Assembly (NCBI GenBank): GCA_965237905.1
Contig: OZ250172.1
Location: 1,888,001-1,952,000, forward strand
Origin: Nitrospinaceae bacterium
GTDB taxonomy: Bacteria; Nitrospinota; Nitrospinia; Nitrospinales; Nitrospinaceae
Direction: 5' to 3'
DNA: 64,000 nt
Part shown: in pieces, positions 38,784 to 47,863 of the stretch
Numbering within the stretch: position 1 is the stretch's first letter
How the letters are laid out: every line of letters starts with the position of its first letter
Notes under the pieces: generated by a model
Told to the model about the DNA's origin: nothing
What the model saw: only the letters and a program-made list of their open reading frames with translations
The model's database searches: none
Program-made: the position numbers and the translations under genes

Positions 38784-40141
38784 ATTTATTTCCGTTCGTC
38801 TATCTTCGCCGGAATGAAATAATAAGACCGGTCCAAAGGTCCCACCTCAAATCTTTGATAAAAATAGGGAATATATTCGCTACCGATCAATTTTCAACCA
38901 ACAAAAAAAACTGGGTGCGATTTGATCAGGCCCCGGAGTATGCAGAATATTTTAAGCACTCTCAATCTGCCGTTTTTCCGGAGGAAAAGGAATTTCAGGG
39001 TGTTTTGGTCTGCCCTCAATGCAAACAGGATTACCCTGATCTGACGGATTACAAGCCATCAGCTACAGAACGCGGGATATCGAACTTTGTACGGCCTAAA
39101 AGATTCAAACCGTTTCCTTGCGTTCAATGCGGAACTTTATTAAAAAAAACATTAGGACCGTTGGCCCCCTACCTGAGAGCCGGAGTTGTTTTCTTCAGCT
39201 TCACGATTTTTACTTATATGTTTAATCTATTTTTGGACCATGAGCCTCTTGGGCTTGGTTTTGACATGTATTACGAAAATCAATATCTGGACAATCCAGC
39301 CATGTTCTTCGTTATGATGATGTCTTGTGTTACTTATTTAATCCCGACAATGGCCATGGAGAAATATTCTCAACGTCTGGAATATGGCGAATATGACAAA
39401 AATCCAGGGCGCGTCCATCATCAATACGCCGCTACCGTTATGGCGGTTATTGTATTGATATTTTTTTCCCTTGGGCTTTACCTTAATATCTGCAAGGATC
39501 TGACCACATTTCAGATCAAACCAACGTTTCACCACAACACCCAAAAAATTCTCGAATGGACGCCTTTATGGAAGAGTCCCTATTACACGGTTCAAGGCCA
39601 GGGCCATTTGTTGAATGGGGAGTTTACCGAAGCGGTTAAAAACTTTGATCACTCCATTGAACTCAAAAAGGACCATTCCTATCCATATTTCTATCGAGGC
39701 ATCGCTCACTATTATCTGGATCAATACGACCTTGCCGAATCAGATTTAAACAAGGCGACAGAGATCGATAGCGGCAAATGGGAGCCAGACGATTTATATA
39801 AAAAACTTTGGATATTTTTAGCCAGAGAGAAGCAAGATAAATCAGGTCAAGCTTATATAAAATCCATCCGCAGCGAATTGACGATGAGTCATTGGCCGGA
39901 TTCTCTATTTTTACTATTTACTGGAGAGATAAAAGCAGACCGTTTAAAAAGTATTCCCAGAAAAAGAGAACGGACCAAAAAATGCCAATCGAATTTCTAT
40001 ACAGGAATGTTTTATAAAATGGAGAAGCGTTACGAAGAAGCCAGGGCGGCTTTCGAGCGCGCACAAGAGACCAAAGCTGAAGATTGTATCGAAATTCATG
40101 CTGCCGAATTTGAATTAGCCGACTTGCCCGATAGTCACTAG
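38780..40141 (+). CDS. Paralog with an extra N-terminal GYF-like segment
   Basis: Same architecture (CPQC..CVQC, TM, TPR). ATGA overlap with the upstream paralog. Confidence 0.8.
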   Translation: MNLFPFVYLRRNEIIRPVQRSHLKSLIKIGNIFATDQFSTNKKNWVRFDQAPEYAEYFKHSQSAVFPEEKEFQGVLVCPQCKQDYPDLTDYKPSATERGISNFVRPKRFKPFPCVQCGTLLKKTLGPLAPYLRAGVVFFSFTIFTYMFNLFLDHEPLGLGFDMYYENQYLDNPAMFFVMMMSCVTYLIPTMAMEKYSQRLEYGEYDKNPGRVHHQYAATVMAVIVLIFFSLGLYLNICKDLTTFQIKPTFHHNTQKILEWTPLWKSPYYTVQGQGHLLNGEFTEAVKNFDHSIELKKDHSYPYFYRGIAHYYLDQYDLAESDLNKATEIDSGKWEPDDLYKKLWIFLAREKQDKSGQAYIKSIRSELTMSHWPDSLFLLFTGEIKADRLKSIPRKRERTKKCQSNFYTGMFYKMEKRYEEARAAFERAQETKAEDCIEIHAAEFELADLPDSH

Positions 40142-40204
40142 GAAATAGTCATGCAAAGATTCTCTTCACTTACTCGATGTGACATTACCATCCCGAGAGG
40201 TGGC

Positions 40205-41143
40205 TTAACGGCGTCGAAAATACTGAGCGCTTGGCCTGGGGCTGTAGATAAAATTCGCTAGAATCGGCAGGGCTTCCCGGTCGATGGTGACAGGAAAGGG
40301 ATAGTAAGGAGCGGCAGATTTAACCGCCTGGAGCGCCGCCTCATCCAGAACGTTGTACCCGGAACCATTGATCAACTTGACATTCATCAGGTTGCCGTCC
40401 CTGGAAATCTGAAAACGGAGTGTCAGTTGTCCGGTAATTCCCTTGCGCTGGGCTTCGTTCGGGTAATTCCACGCCAGTTCGATCTGTCGCTTGATACGCG
40501 CAAAATAGGAAGCATACTTGGATTCTCGTGTATCCAGGGGAATCGCTTCGCCATCATCCTCAACGGTGTCGGATTCCGTATCCATTGCGGCGTATTTTTC
40601 AGCATCGAATCCATCCAGAAGCGCCAGCGTTCCTCCAGTAATTTTTTTCGGTGACGAGTTGTTGGAAACTTCTCCTTTGTTTTTGGGAAGAGCAAATCCC
40701 TTTTCATACGGACGAAACGGTTTTTTAATTGCTGTAGAGTTGGATTGCGGTGCCGTTTTCTTTTTGGGAGTGGGTTGCGGTCTTTTAGAAACGGACTTTT
40801 TGGTTTTGGGGATCACCGTTTTTTTGCCCTGATGACGCGGGTCCTTTTGGATTTTTCGATTGGAGTGCGCCCGGCTGTCGTAACGCGCAATCAGCTCGGA
40901 ACTTTTAGGCGTTTCCACCTTACGCGGTTTTGGAATTTCCGCAAGGGTCGGAACTTTTTGAGGAGGTGGTTTTTTCTCCGGCGGCAAGTATTTGACTTTC
41001 ACCGCAGGCAATTTGGTCGCGGTTTTCTTTTCATCCGGCATCAACCCCTGGGCCACCATGACGGTGATATGAAGGCACACGGAAAGAAGCACAAACCACT
41101 TGAGCGGTGGGGCCTCCAGAATTTCAAACCGATCGATCGACAT
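40205..41143 (-). CDS. TonB family energy transducer
   Basis: SVCLH TM anchor, K/P-rich linker, YPNEAQRKG..SGYNVLDEAALQAV. Confidence 0.88.
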   Translation of the reverse strand: MSIDRFEILEAPPLKWFVLLSVCLHITVMVAQGLMPDEKKTATKLPAVKVKYLPPEKKPPPQKVPTLAEIPKPRKVETPKSSELIARYDSRAHSNRKIQKDPRHQGKKTVIPKTKKSVSKRPQPTPKKKTAPQSNSTAIKKPFRPYEKGFALPKNKGEVSNNSSPKKITGGTLALLDGFDAEKYAAMDTESDTVEDDGEAIPLDTRESKYASYFARIKRQIELAWNYPNEAQRKGITGQLTLRFQISRDGNLMNVKLINGSGYNVLDEAALQAVKSAAPYYPFPVTIDREALPILANFIYSPRPSAQYFRRR

Positions 41144-41400
41144 AACCTCAATATCCTTGACCCAGCGATGTGCGGGGGGCCAAGCATCCTTCATAGATTA
41201 AAATGGGGCCGTATTGCCCTCTCTCCACTGTATAGCATCCCTCCCACCGGGAGCAAATAAAAACTCTGCGAAGTTTCAACAGCAGGAAAAGGATTGAAAT
41301 TTGTGGGCTTAATTATGACCAGTGAGGTAGGGTAGGTCCTGTCGGAGAGAGATAGGGCTGGGCGTCAGGGTGCAATCCTTGAGTTATTTTGCCACAAAGG

Positions 41401-41428
41401 TTTTAAATTACCCGTGGCGGTTCGCCAC
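41401..41428. repeat. REP-like hairpin copy
   Basis: TTTTAAATTACCC-GTGGCG-GTT-CGCCAC. Confidence 0.55.
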
Positions 41429-41443
41429 CCAGGTTTTGCCCGG

Positions 41444-42739
41444 TCAAGCTATTCTTTGGGCAAAATGCAGGGTTTTATCCGCGTACCAGCGGTACGCTGT
41501 TTCGATTTGCGGGGTGTGCAGGTTGGGGGTGTCGTACCGGCCCGCTTCATCGAAGGGCACATACTGCATTTCCATCGAACGATAAAGCTGGTTGAGGTAA
41601 CCCTGAAAATCGGCGTACATCGGAATAAGTTTTTTCAGCTTGGGCATGGCCTGTTCTTTAAACCGCAACAACTCTCTGCCGAAGGGATGAATGGCCGCAA
41701 GCCCGTCACTGCCGTGCCGCTCCTCCGCACAATGCACCAGCGATTCGAAATCCTCCCAATCCTCCAGCGCGTCCACATCCGAAACAAACGCCGGGTCGTC
41801 GTTGAATTTGGCGAGAAACGGGGTATCCAGAAGAATCGAGGCCCCCTGGTTGAAATTCTTGAGATGGGCTCCGAATTTGAAATCGTCGTCCAGGCGGAAT
41901 TGTTTCAAATCTGAATCAAAGTGCCGGAAGTGTTTCGCCAGAACCGGTAACAGCATCAACATGCGGGCCGGCGAACGCAAGGCCTTGCTCAATCCCGCGT
42001 TGAGGATTTTTCCGTCCTTACGGGTTTGGTGCAGGAGTTCAATAATATCTTCCTCGATCGCTGACAAATTGATGGGGTAGACGTTAGGCTCTTTCACATC
42101 GTGAAGCTGTTTGGCCTTTTCAGCGATGACACGGTAATGGTAATTGCGTATTACGAATTCGCTGTCGGGGTTTTCCTTGAAATGCGGGAACATGGCTTGG
42201 CGTGAATTCACCCAGAGAATCAGGTTGTGATGTTTGAGGTCTGCATCCCGCAACACGTTTTCCAGGTCGTACATGAAAGGCAGGTCGCCCGGTTGGAACA
42301 ACACCAGTTCATTGGCGGCGAGGGAGAGTTGGTTGCGCCCGAGGATCATCGTGTTGATCAGCATCAGGTTGTCCGGGTCTTCGTGGACGAACATCACTTT
42401 TTTGCCGCGGGTGTCGATTACATCCAGAAAATGCTCCAGAATGATTTTCACTTCGGTCGAACCCACCACGACGATTTCTTTCAGGCTCGACATCAGCAGG
42501 TTGCCGAGGGCGTAGCACATGATGGGGATGCCCCGGACCAGAAACAGAAATTTGAGACGGTCGATTTCCTCCCCCGCGGCTCGCAGGATGAGGTGGCTCA
42601 CACCTTTTTTCTTCTGGGCAATTTCCCGCCGCGCTTTTTCCAGGGCGAATTTGTCCGCCAAGCTCCGGCTTTCGTAACAGTTGTGGCTGAAGCTGACGAT
42701 GCACTTATCGATTACTGGTTTGTTATTGACGCGGAACAT
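41444..42739 (-). CDS. Hypothetical protein, nucleotidyltransferase/GT-A-like N-terminal fold
   Basis: LILRAAG..KFLFLVRGIPIMCYAL..IVVVG..PGDLPF resembles MobA-like NTP transferases. Confidence 0.6.
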   Translation of the reverse strand: MFRVNNKPVIDKCIVSFSHNCYESRSLADKFALEKARREIAQKKKGVSHLILRAAGEEIDRLKFLFLVRGIPIMCYALGNLLMSSLKEIVVVGSTEVKIILEHFLDVIDTRGKKVMFVHEDPDNLMLINTMILGRNQLSLAANELVLFQPGDLPFMYDLENVLRDADLKHHNLILWVNSRQAMFPHFKENPDSEFVIRNYHYRVIAEKAKQLHDVKEPNVYPINLSAIEEDIIELLHQTRKDGKILNAGLSKALRSPARMLMLLPVLAKHFRHFDSDLKQFRLDDDFKFGAHLKNFNQGASILLDTPFLAKFNDDPAFVSDVDALEDWEDFESLVHCAEERHGSDGLAAIHPFGRELLRFKEQAMPKLKKLIPMYADFQGYLNQLYRSMEMQYVPFDEAGRYDTPNLHTPQIETAYRWYADKTLHFAQRIA

Positions 42740-43050
42740 GGCTTGTTTCGGGAACCCGCAAATGTGCCTCCTGAGCGAGGTCCGCCGAGATATCTCCCTG
42801 AGAAATTTTGAATCTTTTAAGTTATTGTAATTTAAAAACTAACCCCATTTCTACCAATTTTTGTTTGAAATCAAATAGTTAGTTAAACCTCATGCTACAG
42901 GGCCGCAGTGGCTCCTTTAAGCTTTCTTTCGAAAGGCGTTTAAATGCGGGTTTTCCAGCTCACCGGCCAACCTCCCAACTCTGCGAAATGACTTGATTTA
43001 TTGAGTTTATTATTCATACAATTAGTAAATACCCCTCATCAAGGTGCCGC

Positions 43051-44661
43051 ATGGGAGACCCAACCCATATTATAGAATTGATCGATCAAATGCTGGAGGA
43101 AACGGCGGATAGGCCGGACCTTCAGGAGAAAATATTCGATCTGCGCGACGCCCTTCTGCAGGCCCAGCAGTCTGCTCAACAGTATAATCTTAAAATCAAA
43201 ACGCTGGAAGAAACCATTCGCCAGCTCAAACTGCCGGCCCATCGCATCGGAACCATTCTCGGCAAGGGACAAGACGACTTGTACCGCCTGAATGTGGGCG
43301 GGACCGACTACCAGGCGGCCGTCTCTCCCGAGATTCTCGAAGACGGAGAATTGCAGGTAGGGGATCAAGTTGCGGTCAACGAAGGATTTGTCGCGATCGC
43401 CAAACTTCCCCGGCCCGAAAGAGGCCCGATATCCCGCATTGTGTCACGTTTGGACGATGGCCATTGGCTGGTCGGCGGCGGCGCCAACACTTCCGAATCC
43501 ATGGTGATTCCCTGCACCGAGTTGGAACAGGAAACCTTTAAGGAAGGGGATGAAGTCGTTCTCGATCCCACACAGAAGGTGATTATGAAGCGCCTCCCCA
43601 AACGCCAGTCCAAATCGCTGGTGGAGGACGATTACGTTCCGGTTACCTGGAAGCAGGTCGGGGGACAGGAGAAAGTAATCAAAGAAGTCCGCAAGGTCAT
43701 CGAGTACCCCATTCTACACGAAGAGATTCTTAATAAGATGGAATACCGCATGCCCAAGGGGTTCCTGTTTTACGGCCCGCCCGGTTGCGGCAAAACGCTG
43801 ATCGGCAAGGCGATCCTGTCCGACGTGGTTTCCCAGCTCAAGTCCAAGGATGAAGGCAGTAGGAATTTGGAAGGCCGGTTTATCCACGTCAAGGGTCCGG
43901 AAATTCTCAACATGTGGCTCGGTGAATCGGAACGCAAAGTCCGCGAAATTTTCAAACGGGCGCGCGAGTATAAAGAAAAGGGGAAACTCCCTTTCATCTT
44001 CATCGACGAAGCCGAATCCGTACTCGGTACGCGCCAGGCCATGCGTGGCAACAATATTTCCAATACCCTGGTCCCGATGTTCTGCGCGGAGATGGACGGC
44101 ATTCAGTCGGTGCGCGAAATGGTGGTGATCCTCGCAACCAACCGGCCCGATTTGATGGACCCCGCGATTTTAAGACCGGGACGCATCGACCGCAAAATTA
44201 AAGTGGGACGGCCCAGCCGTGAAGATTGCGAAGCCATTTTAAAAGTGTACCTCAAGCTGGAACTCCCGACCGAAGGCGACCTGATCAACCCGTTCCTTGA
44301 TCAACTGTTCAAGAGGACACCGGAGCAGGAAGCGCTGGTTTTGACACTCCGTAGCGGCGGGTTCAAAAAACTGTATTGGAAAGATTTCATTTCCGGCGCT
44401 ATTCTGGAGGGCATCGTTTTGCGTGCCAAGGAGCGCGCCATCGAGCGGGCCATTACCGGAGAAGAATTGCAGATCAAGAGTGACGACATGACGCAGGCTC
44501 TGCACAACGAGTTCACCGAGAACAGCGTTCTGCCGGCCGATTCCAATATGGAAGACTGGCTCCGGCTGCTCGACTTTGACCCGAAGAACGTGGCACGGGT
44601 ACGGCGGCCCAACGATTCCGATCAGGCCGCATCCGATACCCTTAGCCGGTCGATCATATGA
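43051..44661 (+). CDS. arc: Proteasome-associated AAA ATPase (ARC/Mpa)
   Basis: Coiled coil, OB domains, GPPGCGKT, KGPEILNMWLGESER, FIDEAE, DPAILRPGRID. Confidence 0.93.
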   Translation: MGDPTHIIELIDQMLEETADRPDLQEKIFDLRDALLQAQQSAQQYNLKIKTLEETIRQLKLPAHRIGTILGKGQDDLYRLNVGGTDYQAAVSPEILEDGELQVGDQVAVNEGFVAIAKLPRPERGPISRIVSRLDDGHWLVGGGANTSESMVIPCTELEQETFKEGDEVVLDPTQKVIMKRLPKRQSKSLVEDDYVPVTWKQVGGQEKVIKEVRKVIEYPILHEEILNKMEYRMPKGFLFYGPPGCGKTLIGKAILSDVVSQLKSKDEGSRNLEGRFIHVKGPEILNMWLGESERKVREIFKRAREYKEKGKLPFIFIDEAESVLGTRQAMRGNNISNTLVPMFCAEMDGIQSVREMVVILATNRPDLMDPAILRPGRIDRKIKVGRPSREDCEAILKVYLKLELPTEGDLINPFLDQLFKRTPEQEALVLTLRSGGFKKLYWKDFISGAILEGIVLRAKERAIERAITGEELQIKSDDMTQALHNEFTENSVLPADSNMEDWLRLLDFDPKNVARVRRPNDSDQAASDTLSRSII

Positions 44662-46148
44662 ACGAAATTGTACCTCTGCTGGGGATCGAAACGGAATACG
44701 GTATCATCCGGGAAGATCAAGGGGAATCTGACCCGGTCGAAGAGTCGATGCGCCTGCTGGCCCGCTGTGAAGCGAAAAGTGTTTTCAAGGCCTGGGCTTA
44801 TAACCGCGAGCGCACGCATCAGGATATGCGCGGGTTTCAGGTGTCCCGGCTGGCGCAGGATGAAGAGGAAGACGAATTTTGCGAACAGGACCGCCAGCGG
44901 CCCTATTCGTATTGGGAAATGAAAAGCGACCGGGTGCTGACCAACGGTGCGCGTTTTTACAACGATCACACGCACCCGGAATACAGCACCCCGGAATGCC
45001 GAACCGTGTTCGATCTGGTCGCACACGATCTGGCCGGCGAAACCATCGTCGGTGAATGTGTCCGCCTCCGCAACCAGGATTTGGGCGGCGACTATTTGCA
45101 GTTGTTTAAAAACAACACGGATTACAGCGGCCACAGTTACGGCACGCATGACAATTATCTGATTCCGCGCAAACTGCCGTTCGATGTCTGGGTCCAGCAT
45201 CTGGTCCCGTTTCTGGTGACGCGGCAATTGTACGCTGGGGCGGGAAAAGTCGGCGCGGAACGAAAAAACGAAGACGGGTTCACCGGTCTCCAGCTGGCGC
45301 AACGCGCCGATTTTATCGACTGCGTTCTCAGTATCGAAACCATGACCCAGCGGCCCATCATCAACACCCGCGATGAGCCGCATGCGACTCAGGATTACCG
45401 ACGTCTGCATTTGATATTGGGGGACGCCAACATGTCGCCCTACGCGACGGCGTTGAAGGTGGGGACTACCCGATTGGTGTTAACCTTGATCGGCGCCCAG
45501 AAAATGGACTCGCCGTTTGAATTGGCGGACCCGGTGGCGGACGTCCAGCGTGTGTCGCGGGATACTACCGGCAAGATTCCCCTGAAATTGCAATCGGGGA
45601 AAACTGTCACCCCGCTGGAAATCCAGGAATGGTATCTGGAGCAGGCGCTCAAGCAAACCGGTCTTTCCGGCGATACGGAAGAATGGGACTGGGTCACCCG
45701 CGAGTGGGGACGGACGTTGAACGACCTGAGGCATCACCGGGAAAACCTGGCCGACCGTATCGATTGGGCGATCAAAGAAAGCCTTTTCAAGGATTTTATG
45801 GAAGCGGAAGGCTTGCAATGGGAAGACCCGATTTTACAAAGTCTCGATTTGGAGTATCATAACCTTAACCCGGAACGTGGGCTGTATTACAGTTTGCGCG
45901 ACCAAGGCAGTGTGGCCGGGTTGATCGAGCAAAACAAAATCGACGCTGCCGTCCACCAGGCCCCGCAGGATACACGGGCCCGGATTCGAGGGCAGGCGGT
46001 CGAGCGGGAGCGTGACCATATTAAAAACATCCATTGGACGGGAATCGAATTCAACAATGGTGAGTATTTAGATCTGTCCGGACTCATCACTAAAGAAGAT
46101 GTCGTTCAGGTCCTGGATTCACACAAGGAGCAGTTTGCATGGAAATGA
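44658..46148 (+). CDS. dop: Dop-like deamidase/depupylase
   Basis: GIETEYG, LTNGARFYNDHTHPEYSTPEC (Dop-type), RPIINTRDEPHA, RLHLILGDAN. Confidence 0.88.
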   Translation: MNEIVPLLGIETEYGIIREDQGESDPVEESMRLLARCEAKSVFKAWAYNRERTHQDMRGFQVSRLAQDEEEDEFCEQDRQRPYSYWEMKSDRVLTNGARFYNDHTHPEYSTPECRTVFDLVAHDLAGETIVGECVRLRNQDLGGDYLQLFKNNTDYSGHSYGTHDNYLIPRKLPFDVWVQHLVPFLVTRQLYAGAGKVGAERKNEDGFTGLQLAQRADFIDCVLSIETMTQRPIINTRDEPHATQDYRRLHLILGDANMSPYATALKVGTTRLVLTLIGAQKMDSPFELADPVADVQRVSRDTTGKIPLKLQSGKTVTPLEIQEWYLEQALKQTGLSGDTEEWDWVTREWGRTLNDLRHHRENLADRIDWAIKESLFKDFMEAEGLQWEDPILQSLDLEYHNLNPERGLYYSLRDQGSVAGLIEQNKIDAAVHQAPQDTRARIRGQAVERERDHIKNIHWTGIEFNNGEYLDLSGLITKEDVVQVLDSHKEQFAWK

Positions 46149-46315
46149 ATGATCCCTTGCGGCGGGAAGAGAAGAAAGAGTCCACCCCGGACAGGAAGGA
46201 CAGTGGTCCTTCCAAACCCGATGTGAATCGGCCGGGGCGCGATGATCTTCTCAAGCGAATGAAAAAAGTCGACCCCAAGCAATCTGAAAAATACAAACAG
46301 CGAACGGGTCAATGA
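46139..46315 (+). CDS. ubact: UBact, ubiquitin-like (Pup-analogous) modifier, 58 aa
   Basis: MEMNDPLRREEKKESTPDRKDSGPSKPDVNRPGRDDLLKRMKKVDPKQSEKYKQRTGQ*. AAGGAG RBS at 46125-46130, C-terminal RTGQ, and it occupies the pup slot. Confidence 0.93.
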   Translation: MEMNDPLRREEKKESTPDRKDSGPSKPDVNRPGRDDLLKRMKKVDPKQSEKYKQRTGQ

Positions 46316-47112
46316 GCGATAAACCGGATAATTTTAATGGGCCGGGAGATTTTATCGATCTCCTGGAGCGGTCGGGTTATTCCTGGCCCAAAGCGATTGC
46401 AGGTTTGACCGCCATCGACAAGGCCAGTCTGCCCCAGGGCACCACCGTGCTGGCTTTTCATTTCAAGGATGGCGTGATCGTTGCCGGAGACCGCCGTGCC
46501 ACCGCGGGCAATGCCATTATGTACGAGCGGTGCGACAAGGTGATTCCCATCGACGACTATTCCCTGATGGCCATCGCCGGGGTTCCCGCCACGGCGTTCG
46601 AGATGGCCCGCGTCCTTTCGCACAACTTCGAATATTACCGCCGGTCGCAACTGCAACCCTTAAGCACCGAAGGCAAAATCCGCGCCCTGTCCAAACTTTT
46701 GAAGGACAACATGGGACTCGCCCTGCAGGGTGTCGGCGCGGTCAGCCCCCTCTTTGCGTCCTACGACAAAAAAGAAGATAAGCCCTATCTTTATTATTAC
46801 GATCTTCTGGGAGCGCAGTTTGAAATTCAGACCCACACCGCCACCGGTTCCGGGTCGCCGGTGATTCGCGGTATCCTCGAATACGAAGATCTCTGGGGAA
46901 CTCAAAAGCTGGTGCAAAGGGATATGAAGGGAGCCGCCAAACTGGCCATACGGCTTTTGCAAACTGCCGGGCAGTTCGACAGCGCCACCGGGCAGGCCCG
47001 TCCCGAAGACAAAATTTATCCGATTATTGCCAGCGTTACCGATCAAGGTTACCAATTCATGCCGGAAGAGGAACTGGCGGGACTGTTTCAGGAATCCACT
47101 AAAAGGAAATAA
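46312..47112 (+). CDS. prcB: 20S proteasome beta subunit
   Basis: 43-aa propeptide, then G|TTVLA..AGDRRAT..K..GSGS. Confidence 0.93.
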   Translation: MSDKPDNFNGPGDFIDLLERSGYSWPKAIAGLTAIDKASLPQGTTVLAFHFKDGVIVAGDRRATAGNAIMYERCDKVIPIDDYSLMAIAGVPATAFEMARVLSHNFEYYRRSQLQPLSTEGKIRALSKLLKDNMGLALQGVGAVSPLFASYDKKEDKPYLYYYDLLGAQFEIQTHTATGSGSPVIRGILEYEDLWGTQKLVQRDMKGAAKLAIRLLQTAGQFDSATGQARPEDKIYPIIASVTDQGYQFMPEEELAGLFQESTKRK

Positions 47113-47114
47113 CC

Positions 47115-47861
47115 ATGTTTGATGAACCGTTTCGCTGGATGGAGGCCATTTCCACCCGCCACAGTTACGTCCAGGAGAAACTGAAAAAAGGCCAGCCGGT
47201 GCTTGCGGTGCCTTATAAAGAAGGCTCGCTGGTGATGGGATTTACCGCCCAGCCCGGAAAAATTTTTGAAGTGTATGACCGCATCGCGCTGGGTAGTCTC
47301 GGACATCCTGCCGACGTCGAACGTCTGCGCATGACTCTCTTGGACATGGCGCACGTGGAAGGATTCAACCGGTCGGACAAAGATGTGACCATTGCCCGGC
47401 TCCTCCAGTTCGGCATCGCTCCCGCCATGAAACAGAACTTTGAAGAAGTGATGCGGGCGCCGTATCTGGTCAAACTGTTGTTCGCCGAAATCGATTTCGA
47501 TAACCGACCGTTATTCTTCCGGCTCAATTACGACGGGCACTGGGAGATGTTCAAAAAGGGAGCGGTGATTTCCGGCAACGATAAGGAATCGAAATGGATT
47601 CAAAAACAAATTGAGCAGACCGATTTTGCCTCGCTTTCGCTGAAGCAAGCATTGAAGGAAGCGTGCCGCCTGTGGGAAGAGGGCAAGAAGCAAGCTTCGC
47701 CCGAATCTGAAGACGCCGAGGAACAACCGATGACCCTGTCCGAGGCGTTCGACCGGTGGACACTGGAGGCAGCGGTGCTCTCCACCAAAACAGAGCGTAA
47801 GGCCTTGTACCGGGTGCTGACTCCGGATGAAATTGAACCCTTGAAAGCGGCGGCCAAATAA
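47115..47861 (+). CDS. prcA: 20S proteasome alpha subunit
   Basis: KIFEVYDRIALGSLG..DVERLR, LEAAVL, and operon position. Confidence 0.88.
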   Translation: MFDEPFRWMEAISTRHSYVQEKLKKGQPVLAVPYKEGSLVMGFTAQPGKIFEVYDRIALGSLGHPADVERLRMTLLDMAHVEGFNRSDKDVTIARLLQFGIAPAMKQNFEEVMRAPYLVKLLFAEIDFDNRPLFFRLNYDGHWEMFKKGAVISGNDKESKWIQKQIEQTDFASLSLKQALKEACRLWEEGKKQASPESEDAEEQPMTLSEAFDRWTLEAAVLSTKTERKALYRVLTPDEIEPLKAAAK

Positions 47862-47863
47862 AT

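Noticed and set aside
46139..46315. Calling the small ORF canonical Pup
   Set aside because: It lacks the GGQ/GGE end and the Pup helix signature. RTGQ fits UBact.
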